Origin: Podarcis tiliguerta
Taxonomy: Eukaryota
Assembly: GCA_965153285.1 (NCBI GenBank)
Contig: OZ229111.1
Length of the DNA: 64,000 nt
Direction: 5' to 3' (one strand)
In this document: piece by piece, positions 38,301 to 51,250 of the stretch
Position numbering within the stretch: the stretch's first letter is position 1
Layout of the letters: every line of letters begins with the position of its first letter
Notes under the pieces: generated by a model
Told to the model about the DNA's origin: nothing
What the model saw: the letters and a program-made list of their open reading frames with translations, nothing else
The model's database searches: none
Translations under genes and position numbers: made by a program

Positions 38301-39394
38301 TCTCCACTGAAGTTTCCAGAGCATCCCGCCATACAAAGGTCTCACAAGCCAGGCCCTTATCTTCTGAACAGCCTGGCTAACGTTTCCAGTCCAAGGGCCT
38401 CGCCGTCCCACTGCAAACCTTCTGGGGACCACTTGCCCAAGTTGGTGTGGCTGAAGTGTAAAGTGCACATGACTGAGGCCAGCTTGAAAATCTTATTAAT
38501 GCATATGATTAACTGGAATTAATGTTTAAAACATTAATTGAAATTAATTCATTGCCCTGGTATGGTTTGTTACAGTCACCAAAAACTAATACTGCTTGAC
38601 TTTAATGGTCTGTAGCAATTATTATTCTCCCCCACAGCACCACCTTTAAACATTAATGAATTAATTGTCATTGCTCCCCCTGCCTGGGGCATAAGGAGAA
38701 GGGTGGAATGGCAACCACTTCAGTACAATTGATAGTCTACAATTCCCTTTATAAAGCACCATCTGTAGGGGCCCTGTTCTACTACCTTTGAACTGAAATT
38801 CTCCTCTTTCTCTGAACATCAGCCTTTGGGTTTGAAGCTTAAAAGCCTCTCCATGAGGTGACAACACCTCCCCCATTTCACTGTGTTGCAGCTCTCCCTC
38901 TCACTGGTGACCATTGTTCAAATTTCCTCCCCATCATGGTCCTGGGCTGAGAGTCATGAGGAGGAAAACGGCACCTTCCTTACTAATGCACCATTGAGAA
39001 CCTCTGCATAACACTGTCCTCAGTGATGCTCATAGCAGTGATATCATCCAAGCACTTACAGAAATCTCCAAGAGCTCCAGAAGCATTTGTTGCAGCAGAA
39101 AGCAGCAACAGCTCAATGCAGAGACCCTAGAAAACTGTAGGGCCCTTTGTAATCCCTACAAAGCCCAGCCACTGACAGTTACATGCCCTGTATTGCTCTC
39201 ATTATGCCTTTAATTTTTGTTACCGCCACTGAAAGCAAAATGTCTTGGGAGGCCTTAGGGGCCATATCTGGACCAGGGACTGCAAGTATGTCACCAGTAT
39301 GACAAACCATAGTTTACAGCTAGAATGAGTCTTGGGCTCATACACTCTCCCTTCTCCTTTCATGTGGAGAGCAGGAGGCCCCTGGCAGCATTTA

Positions 39395-39639
39395 CAGTGG
39401 AACCTTGGTTCTCAAACTTAATTCATTTTGGAAGTCCATTCAATTCCCGAAATGTTTGAAAACGAAAGAAGGAGCAGCTTCCAATTGGTGCAGGCTCCCC
39501 AGAAACAATAGCTGACAGCCACATTGGACGTTCGACTTCCAAAAAAAGTTCAAAAGCCGGAACATTTACTTTTGGGTTTTCAGTGTTCGGGAGCTGATTT
39601 CTTCATCAACTAAAGGGTTCAAGAACCAAGGTTCCACTG
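39395..39639. mobile_element. Tc1/mariner-pogo type MITE (245 bp)
   Basis: Perfect 18-bp TIR cagtggaaccttggttct / agaaccaaggttccactg; TA flanks. Confidence 0.88.
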
Positions 39640-41219
39640 TACTTTCATTTTCAATGAATTTTGGCTCATCATTGCATGTGAACAAGGTATTCTGGTTCAT
39701 AACAAACTCTGAACAGTTTCAAAGCAAGATAACTTCAAACCATGAATTGTGAAGCTGGCTTGCTAAACTAACTAGAGTTTGTTATAAACCATGACTCTTG
39801 GTTCACAGGCAACAGCGCACTAAGATTAACTGAAACTAAAGCCACACTGCTGAAAGCTCTCCTCTCAACCATGTAGCAAGTAAAAAGAGTTGGTGCTAGG
39901 AGTAAGGTTATGTGACGTGTGAGCCCAAGGCTTGCCCAAGTTCGTTCCAGCTCATGCAAGTAATGGCACAACGTGACTTGCTAACCTGTTCTCTGTATCA
40001 GATTTAAGGAAGTTTTGTGATGCTATTCTAAGCACACTTAGTAGTGCATTGGGAAGTAATGGGACTTGCTTCCATAAAGGGTCAAGACGCTTGATTAACA
40101 TGGAGAGTAGGTTAAGGTCTGTCTTCTTTTGCTCCACTAAATGCCTGTCCAGCCTTTCCTTTACAACTTCAAAATGGAGAAAATTCCACCAAGTTTCCAA
40201 GACAGTTTCTTACACTGTGGAATTTCAGCCAGGCAGGTCTTCCTAAAGATTAGCCAAAATACTTTTAAACCATTACTTCTTATACTATCACAGACGGAAC
40301 AATTCACAGAAGTGGACAGAATGAACAATTATTTGTTCTTTTTCTCCCCCAATGAAGCCTGTTAACTTTTTTCCACACCTCCAAGCCTTTTCTCCGATCT
40401 TGTTCCATAGCTAAACATACTAAGGTCCTTCAAGCAGCTGAAGGAGGAGGAGAGGACAGAGGGTGAAGAAAGAGCTGTGAATGGAGGGAGACACCTTCCC
40501 CTCCTCTGGACCCCCTGGGAAACACAACAAACCTGCTGCACCTGGAACTGGGTGTGGAGAGTGCAGCTGAATGAGACATAGCTGAGGAAGTAGCATGCAC
40601 CTTGATACCTGCCCATAAAAAGCAAGTGCAGAGTGAGAAACTAGGGTGATCGTCATGGTTTCCAGGAACTTTTCTCATTGTGAGACTTCTGTGGGTGAGC
40701 TGAGCATTTGTCTGGACCCTGGGTGAGAATCCAGGGGGCTGAGAAGGAAAATGAATTGATACTGACTGAGATATATCAGTAACTTTGTATTAATGTGATG
40801 TTTTAATATGTAACTGTGCATTTGTAATATTTTGTTTAAGATGTCTATTGTTGCTTCAGTATTCTGTACGTCACTTGGAGATACTTTTAATATATTAAGC
40901 AGTATGGAAAGTAAATAAGCAATCAAAAAAAGCAATCAACTTTCCCCGTATAACCTGCCTTTTATATTCTCTCTTACCCTTGTGGTTCTCTTAAATCATT
41001 TTCCACATTTTTGAACAGTGATGCCCAGAACAAAGCCCCATATACAAATTACCACAGTACAAAACAGGGTGGTGTTATTTTTTACTACCTGGGCCTTGGA
41101 TCAGATGCTTTTAAATGGTACAGGTCTTTTTGTATGTAGCATTGTTATGAAAAAAGGGATGGGGGGAGAAACGAGAGGATCCACAATACAGAGTTGCAAA
41201 GGCAGTCTTGGTAACTTAC

Positions 41220-41334
41220 CTCAGACATGTTGACACGCCCTTCCAGAAAGGAACAGTCAGCGGCATTGTGGGTACAAATATGACGATATTTACACCAATG
41301 GCAAGGAAAGAATCCATTCACACAGGACAGGCAA
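41220..41334 (-). CDS. PLXNA1: Plexin-A1 coding exon (115 bp; PSI2 domain)
   Basis: ttcttgcAG|T TGC CTG TCC...ATG TCT GAG|GTAAGT. Encodes [38 protein letters not shown] with the PSI cysteine pattern. Phase matches both neighbouring exons. Confidence 0.97.
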
Positions 41335-41628
41335 CTGCAAGAAAAAGAGGTCAAATCAGCATAAATATTTCTGGAACTATCCCATGTAACAATTCAATAC
41401 TTCCGTTGCTGTTGCTGTTTAAGATACAGGATCCCCAGAGTTCCATGTACAATAAATATTGAGAGCATTTATCCCCAAGTCCAGTGCAACGTTTCACGAG
41501 CAAGACGGAGGCAGGGACAGCTTAACAGTACATGGGAACACTAGACAAAGATGAGAAATGAAAAGCTTGCATTGTCCAACACAGTTGGAGAGAAGGTTTT
41601 ACAGAGCTGAAGAGTGGATTTACAAGTA

Positions 41629-41994
41629 CAGTGGTGCCTCGCAAGACGAAATTAATTCGTTCCGCGAGTCTCTTCGTCTAGCGGTTTTTTCGTCTTGCGA
41701 AGCAACCCTATTAGCGGATTAGCGGATTAGCGCTATTAGCGGTTTAGCGGCTATTAGCGGCTATTAAAGGCTTAAGGGATTAGCGGATTAGCTGCTAAAA
41801 GGCTATTAGCGGTTTAGCGGCTTAGAAAAAGGGGGTGGGGAGCGGAAAAAAATCTCAAGACTCGCAAGACATTTTCGTCTTGCGAAGCAAGCCCATAGGG
41901 AAATTCATCCTGCGAAGCGCATCGAAAAACGGAAAACCCTTTCGTCTAGCGGGTTTTCCATCTTGCGAGGCATTCGTCTTGCGGGGCACCACTG
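41629..41994. mobile_element. Tc1/mariner-pogo type MITE (366 bp) with internal ttagcgg tandem array
   Basis: TIR cagtggtgcctcgcaagacgaa / ttcgtcttgcggggcaccactg; TA flanks; CpG-rich; repeated ttagcgg units at about 41710-41825. Confidence 0.9.
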
Positions 41995-44059
41995 TATTTG
42001 GATATGGACATACCATACCATAAGCATTATGATGCCCAGAAGCATTTCTCTAAAAGCACCCAACGTTTTTTCCAGCAAAACGTTCAGGATGAGCCACAAT
42101 GTGGAGCCAGGAGGATACAGGGCAGACTAGAATTTTGTGGGACTAAAACTCCCAGATCCACCAAATGGAGCCAGGTACAAAGCATGCACACTTAGGACTA
42201 GAGAATCCCGAGCCAAGAAATTTGTTCCGAGTACCATAAACAAACACTTCCCACACACGAATTGTTACTATTGTTAAACAACGGTGAGTCAGAAACCTTC
42301 AAATCACCCGGAAATCTACCAGAATATCATGTACTACCTTCTGCTCACCCCTGCCTTAGAGCCACAGTGAGGAACTGAGAGAAATATCAAAGATTTGGAT
42401 GTCCCCTACTGGGTCATCCATGTCATACCCTGCAGCACTGTCTCCTCAGCATCATGCAGGAGCAGCTGAGGTCACTATTGAATCAAAGATGAGAGCATCC
42501 CTAGGACTGCGGCACCGCCTCCTACGCCTGCATAAACAGAACGTTACAAACGTCACAGCTTAATGCTCTCATTCCTTAATCCCTGTGCCAACCGCCTTCT
42601 CCTCCTCCCACATTAGGCCCCATAATGCATTCCATGTGGTCAAGTGTGCACCCCCTGTGACCTCTCCTCCTAACTTGGCAGCGCCAGGATCCTTTCCTCA
42701 CCATCCATTTGCATGTGGGTTGAATCACAGACTTTGTGAGCTTTATTTTTGGATTCATGAAAGGCAATTTTAATGAACAGAAGGAAAAACAAAAGTCCTC
42801 CATTGCGGGAAGCAAAATCCTTGAGTCTTAAAGTCGAGTAATTCATAGGAAATTTATACAGCGAGCAAACGCTTGAGTCAGATTAACATTTTGGGACTGT
42901 AAATGTCTTTCATATGCTTATGCAGCCACATACTGCAACTCCCTTCTTTTACTTCCTCTCCTACCCACTCACACTGTTTGTGTGCGTATCATGTTCCTCC
43001 CTTCCCTCTGGTCACAAGTTTTGATCCGTGTATTTTCCTGGTGTTCTGATACATACAGTCTTCTCCTTCAATGCCTTGTTTATCTCCCATTTTCTCTAGT
43101 TTCTGACCTTGAACATCATTTCCTCAGTTCTTAAGGTCCTGCTCAGCAAATACTAAGAAGGGCCACGTTTTGAACTGTGCAGTGTTTGAAGCACCAGCAT
43201 CATTGGCTATGTCAGCTGAGACACAAGTTAGCAATCTAACCAACCCCCTTTCCTCCAACATGGAACAGCAAGGCAACTTTTGGCAAAGTCTTCTCCTTTG
43301 GGGCTCCAGCTGTTCACACTGGAGAAGTTGGATTCAGGAGCTCTTCCCTTTTCAGTTGTATAGAGACAAACAGAGATTTCACCGTTTTGCTATTAAGGCA
43401 AAAATAGCCTTCTTCCTGATTGTGGTGGGAGAAGATTTTGCCGCTAAGCCCAAAACAACTTCATCTCTCCCTCTCCCACACAAAAACAAGAGAGACAGAC
43501 AGACAGACAGACAGACTCTACCTCCCTTATTGGGGCATTCTCCTTCCTCTTTCAATAAGCCTTCTAAGTGGAGATTTTTATCTGTATTTTGCTCTGTATT
43601 GGATATGAAATAGTTTTTTATATATGCAATTGTTTTAACTGCTCCAATACATGCAATTTGTTTCATACATGCTTCTACTGCACTGTGAAATTGCTTCAAG
43701 ATACTTAATAAGAAGCGATTCATAAATGAAATGAAATAACAGCAACAACAAATGTGATTACAATTGTGTGAAGGGGGGGTAGTTAAGGCCACACTAGCTG
43801 CCCCTGTCCCTTCGCTGTATCGTCATCACATAGTCTCACTGCCTTCCACAATACGTAGTGGGGGAACTTTATTACCTCACTGCTCATCCCTAACACTAGA
43901 CCATTCACGAACAAATGATAGAGCACAGCTCACAATACCAACCATTGGAAGGCTTCACTTCTTATACCCCCTCCATTGAGAGAGATCTTCCTGTTTACTC
44001 CTACTCTTCCTGTTCCTTAACCAGTTACTGTCCATTAAGAGGACCCCTCCTCTTCTCCC

Positions 44060-44350
44060 ATGACTGCTAAGCTTAGCAAGGAGTCTTTGGTGAGGGGCTT
44101 TATCACAAGCTTTTGGAAAGTCTAACTACGCAGTGTTGACCGGATCACCTCTATCTGTATGCTTTCTGAAACTCTCCCAAATAACTCTTAAAGGTCAGTG
44201 TGGCAGGACTTACCCTTGAAGAAGTCATGCTGGATTTGTTTCAGTAAGACCTGTTCTTCTATATACTTGTTAATTCTATCGTTAAATGCTTTCCACCAGC
44301 TTTCGTGGAACAGATGCTAAGCTAAGTGGCCTGTAGCTTCCAGGATCCCT
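44060..44350 (-). mobile_element. CR1 LINE RT fragment
   Basis: Minus strand gives PGSYRPLSLASVPRKL, QHDFFKGKSCHTDL and LDFPKACDKAPHQRLLAKL, matching CR1 RT motifs (PGNYRPVSL, QHGF.KGKSCLTNL, LDF.KAFD.VPH.RLL.KL). Confidence 0.75.
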
Positions 44351-47300
44351 TTCGCGCTGTGGACACTGTTCCCAGTCGGTTCAACAACAGTTCCAGGTCC
44401 TGGACCCCATTTAAAATTAAATCCAAGGTCACCAGCCTCCCTCTGATTGCTTCCATGACCCACTGTTCCAGGGCACAGTCATTCAGGATAGCTAGACAGG
44501 TTTCCTCTTTGTTATAACAACAAAATAATAACTAGAAGACTGCTTCTCCTGACTGTAACTCAGCCCACAGCTAATGTGCCCAGTCCACTTTATGTAGCTT
44601 TGTGGTGGTGAAATCAGTATGAGTTGAATTGCCAGTTGTGGATGTAGCAAGCACAGCTCTGATCAAACATGCACACCACACTTGGTTGTGTGAAACCTAG
44701 AAAAGCAGGTATGTGATACTCTTGTAGCACCAATAAAAAGCAGCAGCACACTTTTCCCACATCTACTTCTGGGACCTCAGTGACCCAATAACTTCTTGCT
44801 CTAGAGTTTCATGCTCTATTAACTACTCATGGCAACTTCTCATAGCCTAACACACATAAAGTATTAATAGGCTGCTTGCTGGAAATCATTTTCATGTTTC
44901 ATTCACATCTTCACCCCCCCCCCCAAAAAAGCCATTTTAGTGGTACACACAAATAAATGTATTGAGACACTCCTAATGCAATCCATGTATTCCATGTATA
45001 TGAAACGGATGTGCTTATCACCAGAGAAAAATATCAGAATAACTAGACTATTTGATGACAGACCATAGCACAAAGGAAGAGCACATACTTAAAATGCAGA
45101 AAGAGCCCAAAGATTTTAGGTGATGGAATGACCTCTGGAGAGCTGGAGTACAGTATGTTGGGCTAGATGGTGAACACGTCTGTCTTGGTACGAGGCAACT
45201 CCTTGTATTTCTATTATCAACTCAAGTTGCATCATTTTGAATAAAGACTGTCATTGCCTGGTTTAGCAGACAAGTCAAGAAGAATAAATATGGAAAAAGA
45301 GTGAACCATCCAACTCTGGGGCAAGGGATGAACAGTAATTAGAAAAGGCTGGATCTGTGTCTCACATCTACTTTATTTATTTTGGTTAGTCTGTACTCTG
45401 CCTTTCCATTCAGAGCTACCCAAGAACCTAGTGCTTTGTCCCAGTGTTAACCCCAATGCATAGTCCCTTGATTAAGCATCAGACCAGTAGGGAAATCTGT
45501 AGCAGCCAGAAAACAAGCTTCATGTCACCCATGAGAACAGAAATCTATGGTGAGGATCAGGCAAGGATAACAGAGACAAAATCTTAAAGTTAAGTTTCAA
45601 CTGGCAGTGTCCTGAACAATGAAAAATACCTATGGGGTACCTAGCATTATGCCATATATCAAAACTACTGATCTTAATGCCAAGATTCTGTTAGTATCAC
45701 TGGAATTCTCACATTCTTTGCAGGGAAAGAGGTGGCAACTTGTTCACCTCAAAATATGAATAACATATTCGTCACACATTCAACTCTGCATGCTACTGCC
45801 TCACGGAAGGATTAACATGCAACTTTAATACTATATCTGGAGATCTCCACAAGAACTGGCAACAATCCTTGGAATCATTCAATTTATCTGGGTGTAGAGG
45901 GAAAAAAAGATAATCATAAACTGCTTTGTGGGCATGCAACTTTAGAAACACTATATAAACAGGGTTATATCCAGCCAAGTTTTATTCAGAGCAGACCCAC
46001 TGAAATTAATGAAGCTAAGTTAGTCATGCCTATTAACATCAATGGGTAGGGCTAGCATGGACTACAATCCATAATAAAGAAATAATTGTACCCATGTGGT
46101 TGGGCTTAATGCAACCGTGGTCCTCATGTGGTTGAGAGGGTAATCATGTGAAAATGAACATGCATCACCCGGCACCAAAATGATCTCAACCCTGTCATAC
46201 CCTTTAGTCAACAAGACTGAATAATTCTAGGTGAAAAACAGGATATATCCTACTGATAAGAAGAAAGATGCAGTCAGCTCTTTCATATACAGAGGTAATT
46301 AGACTTCAGAGCTATATTACCATCTTTGAAATGATGAAGAGAAGCTCTTTCTGTTGGGGCTCTCTCATTAAGCAGACAGTAGTCCTATGCAGGTACCACT
46401 GCTGCACTAATTAATATCTGTCATTTGTTCTGAAAGTTTATCATTATATTTTTAAATAAATGTAAAAACAAACAAACTTGGAGCACAGCATGCCTCTGCT
46501 CAAAGGAAAAACAACTTTGAGCTCAGTTTATCGCCTCAAAGGGATCCAGTGAGATCCAGCGCACAATAAGAAGGCAGGCTCTTCAGTTTTCTGTTATGAG
46601 ACTAACTTGTTTCAGCCAAGGCTTTACAGCCTGTTTGAGGGGTTTATCCCCTATATCCATATGTCACTGCTGTCTGTTTATGTTTCAGTGGCAGGTTGTT
46701 TTGCAGCATGATACCATCTGCTCCAAGACTCTCACTTCCTTGGGTGAGCACAATTTACTCTCATTACTTGCGGGCTAAACATCGTTCTTGATGGCGGAAA
46801 CAGGAAATGCCCTTTCCCACAATACACTAAACGCTAGAGGAGAAAATGCACCCCCGTTCAAACTTGGTTTGTGTCTGTCAAAATAGGCTGAAACCCATGC
46901 TTGCTTGAAATGACAATAAACACCTAAGTGCAGGTACAATCCGCAGATCATTCAACACTGGTTCCCATAAGGACTTCATTACTTGTGTCTCTGACAGGCA
47001 AGCAAGGCCAGAATCTGAATGAACCTTACAGTTACAGTAACAAGGTGCAAATTAATGAGCAGCAAAAGCTGGGAAGGGTACCACACTGGCTAATCTCATC
47101 CCTTGATGCTGCTGCCTGGTAAAGCAACACACACACTGAAATAGACATGTTCAAAGAATGTGGGAAGGAGTTCTCCACACATGCATGTGCTGGGTGTTCC
47201 TCCATGCGTAGAGGGGCCCTAATGTGCCCAGGGTACCTTCTCACACAGATAACTCTTTAAATGTACCCAGAACATATGGGCATTGACTGGGGAAGCATGG

Positions 47301-50300
47301 CTGTAAAACCCCTTTGTGTCTTTTTCAATGCATGGCAGGGCCTTATAAACCACCCGTTATGAACTCTGGAGCAGAGCTATCCAGATGGAGGACTTGTGCC
47401 AGCAAATCTTCTGCTGAGCTGGGACGAAGGACTTCAGTCAGCACAGCCTCAGGTAAGCTAAGCTGAGACTCAGACAAACATTTGTCCATTATAAACAAGG
47501 ACCGTAAGAAAAGCCTTCTGGACCAGGCCAATGGCATCCTATTCTCACAGCGGCCACCCAAGATGCCTGTGGGAAACTCTCAAGCAAGACCCAAACACAA
47601 GAACACGCCCCACCTCCACCCTACAGCCTCCTGGAACTAGTATGTCCCCAACCAGAGAGAGTATAGTCATCATGGCCAGAAGTTGTATACTCTGTTAACA
47701 GCAGCCAGTAACCCAGCTAATCCTGACAAATCTTGGGTTTGGATTGCTCCCTAAGAATCCCAAGCTAAACAAAGGGTTTGTGAGGTTTTATTGGCCAGAC
47801 AAATCTAAACTGAAGAAGGGTTTTGCACCTCAGTCACAAAATGGTACTCGAGGTCATGATTAAATTGTTTGTTTGGATTGTGAGCTGCATAGACAAGCGG
47901 TTTTAATTTCCACTTTTAATTGACTATTATATCTCAGATGCTCTATAAACAACAACAATGACAGCAGCACCTTTAGAGCTTTGGGGCCTATATTTTGATT
48001 CAATTAGGGCCACTTTCGTTCCTTTCCATTCTGCCATCATTAAACAGGTTTCATGGCATTGGAAATTGCCCTCCACGGATCCGGAATATTGCAAATTAAT
48101 GATGATTCTTCATCCTCGCACCAACCCAAGGACAGGTTAATGTAATTTGGCACTGTTCCAAACATGAGTGGTTTCTTTGGAGCAGCGCTGTAGAAATAGT
48201 CCAAACTCCCAAAGCTTCATGGGATTTTTTGGGAAAGCGGAGGATATGATGCCATCTAGTGGGAATGAGTGTTAACAAATAAAGGGAAAGATGCATCATT
48301 TACAAAATTATGATGCATCAATAAGCTTCCATGTGCATTCCATACTGAGCGTTATGGGAGAAACAGATAAAAAGAAGTAGCAGTTAAAATGTTCAAATTA
48401 TGAATCTTTCATGAAAAAGAACTAAAACTAGCAGGGTCTCCTCTCAAAATACCATTCCTGTTCATTACGGGTTCAAGATCTTCAGAAGCTAACCATTCCT
48501 ACAACTGTGAGAAGAGGACCACTTAAGGAAGAAGCATTAGACTGGTAACTTCTGTAGGTGCTGTGGGATGTTTGCTCCTTAAAAGTCCTGCAGTGGACTC
48601 TGCCTCTGTGGAGCTGGGTATTTGTTTGTTTTTTGCAGAAGGAATTACTGCACACTGGTAGTCACAACGTGCTCTGGTTTGCAAAAGCTTTTTTGACCCA
48701 CTAACCTCAATTACACAGTTGGGACACAGACACAGAGTATCCTGTCATACTGCAACTGCTTTGTTCGATCTACTTTACTTCCAGCAGTTTTGGCTTCCTC
48801 TGCCATTGAGGGGATTCCTGAATTGCTCTAGAGTCCCTCACAAAATCATTCCATCTGCTTTATGGCTCTAAACTATATGTGGAGTCTAGAAAACTGCTTC
48901 TTGGGCACCTGATCCTATACATGTTTATTTCTTCACATTCTCCTGTCCTCCCTTTTGCTGCTCATTAATTTGCATCTCATTCCAATGCCTGTTCAGAATG
49001 GCCCCCATCAATTTCCATTTGTCTACCAAATGCAAAGAGCACACCTCCATGGTATCATTCAGGTTCCAAGTATCACATTGCAACTGAGAACACAAAAAGA
49101 GGCCAACCTTTTTCTCCAAGGCTTACTTGCATAAAAAGTAAGGGAAATGGCTGTGGAGACTAGTCATCTGACACCTGCCCCATTCAACAATATGGGTGAG
49201 CATGTAGACTGACTCAATGGGAATTATAGGGGTTGCATGCACTGAAACCAAGTTTCAACAGATGAAAGGATTTCTAAGCACCTGCTGTTTCTAAGCATCT
49301 TCATCGATAAATTTTAATAAAATCCCAGGTTTTTGCACAGACTTCTTGTAGAAAGTATAAAACAATCAACAGTTGTGCAAACAAAAGCTACCACCCAGTG
49401 TTGAAAGCAGTCCCCTCCCCCCTAGAAAAACAGGTGCTGGTACTCACCATGAAGTTATTACAGTAAGTACCACAACAAAAAAGAGATGCTGAAAGATGAT
49501 GAAAAGAAATGTTGAAAGAAAAGTATTGGTAGATTCAGTACTGATTTTTGTTCCATGTTATAATGGAACTAACCAAGATCGAAACAGCCTCAGAAGATAC
49601 ACAAGTGTGCCCTTAATTCACAGCCTCTGACTAAAGCTTGAGCCCCAGTTGAAACAGTGCATTTAGAGCGTCATCTTAAACATGTCAACTCAATGACTTC
49701 AATGGGACTTACTGCCTAGTGTGTCTATGTAGGGTTGCAGCTCCAACTGCCTAAAGAAGAGGCATATGTCCTTGAAAATCTTTTAAGCTTAAGGCTACAG
49801 CAAACATTTATATTATCCAACAAACGGCAAGTGATACTGTGAAGTTAGCAGCATCCCACAACTTAACCACTGACCATTTTGAAAGCACAACTCTGTGGCC
49901 ACTCAGTGAAAGAATTCTGAAGTCAAAGGAAATAGCCCATCTAGGGCAGGATGCTTTGGACATAGTCCTACGTTAGCTTCCAGCTTCCCGGCTTCTGTAG
50001 CCTGTGGAACTGCCACCACCACCTCCCCCTCCCCATGTGCCTCTCTTGCATTTATATTCCTATGGCCTGTAAAAGAACCCTTATCTTCAGCTTTAGAAGC
50101 TGAGAGCACTTCAGTGCTCTGGTGGGGAGTATGAACAAAACAGGAATCCACAGGGGCGAGATAAGCCAGGAGAAGTCTAAGCAAGAAAACAAGCAGAGGG
50201 AAGGAAGTAAAATGGGAGAGGGAGGGGATGCGGAAAGCTTTGAAAGCTGACTTGGAAGAAAGAATGAGGACACAAGAGGAAGGTAAGAGCATTGGGGGAA

Positions 50301-51063
50301 TAATACGAGTATTTTACATAAGCAATATAAGCAATTTTCGGTTCTGTCGTATTGGGTGCTACAAAGACTCTGTGAAGGGGCGAGGGAGCAGTGCGCTGCC
50401 TGAAGCAACATATCTATATACAAGCCAAGCCAGAGAAGGAAAACATTCAGAGAGGAAAGGGGCAAGTACTTTTACAAGCATATGTTAAACACGACAGCTG
50501 TACTGGAAAGGAAAATTACATACATGATGCATACTGATGGAAAAAGCATCTGCATAGATGGCTCTGCTGTAGAGGGTTTTAAGGATCTCCAGCGCTTCTT
50601 TTAAGACTATTTTTCCGTAGCGTTTCATTATACCTTACATGTGGCACTGCAGGACCATTTTGGATACTGCCTTGGGATATTTTTAGGTACTTATGAAACA
50701 ATAAGTATCATTGTATTTTCTTCTATTAATTTTCATAGATGGAGGATGAAAGGTCTGATGAAGCCTTAATTAGTGCCAGGAACTAGCAGCAGGAACTGGT
50801 AGCATAATTAGCATGCATTTCATTCCCCCCCTGCCCGCCCCCCCCCCCCCCGAATGTCCAAGATGCCGTCCCACTTGATGTGAGAATATAGATAGTTCTC
50901 TTTACCTTTGCTGGGGATTTGTCCATCTCTCTAAAAAGCAGGGCAAAATTATGCTGAATATGCTACAGAGTATGGTCCCAGCCAATCTGCAACACCATGT
51001 GCGGACTGAGAACATCACCCCTGAGTATAAACATAAAAGTCGTGTGACACATCTTTTATTTTA

Positions 51064-51250
51064 CAGTCATACCTCGGGTTGCAATCGTTGCGGGTTGTGC
51101 GTTTTCAGGTTATGGACGCGCCGAACCCAGAAGTACCAGAATGGGTTACTTCTGGGTTTCGGCGCTCGCGCATACACAGAAGCAGTAAAATGCTGCGAGT
51201 TGCGAACATGCCTCCCGCACGGATCACGTGAGCAACCCGAGGTTCCACTG
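51064..51250. mobile_element. Tc1/mariner-pogo type MITE (187 bp)
   Basis: Imperfect TIR cagtcatacctcgggttgc / gcaacccgaggttccactg; TA flanks; internal palindrome gaacccagaagta...tacttctgggtttc. Confidence 0.85.

Noticed and set aside
41710-41825. Interstitial telomeric repeat
   Set aside because: Units are ttagcgg-based, not TTAGGG, and lie inside a MITE.
43170-43792. Overlapping 147-aa and 137-aa ORFs (similarly 49903-50488 and 11766-12374)
   Set aside because: No recognisable domains, low-complexity or repeat-derived composition and no exon-like boundaries; consistent with chance ORFs.
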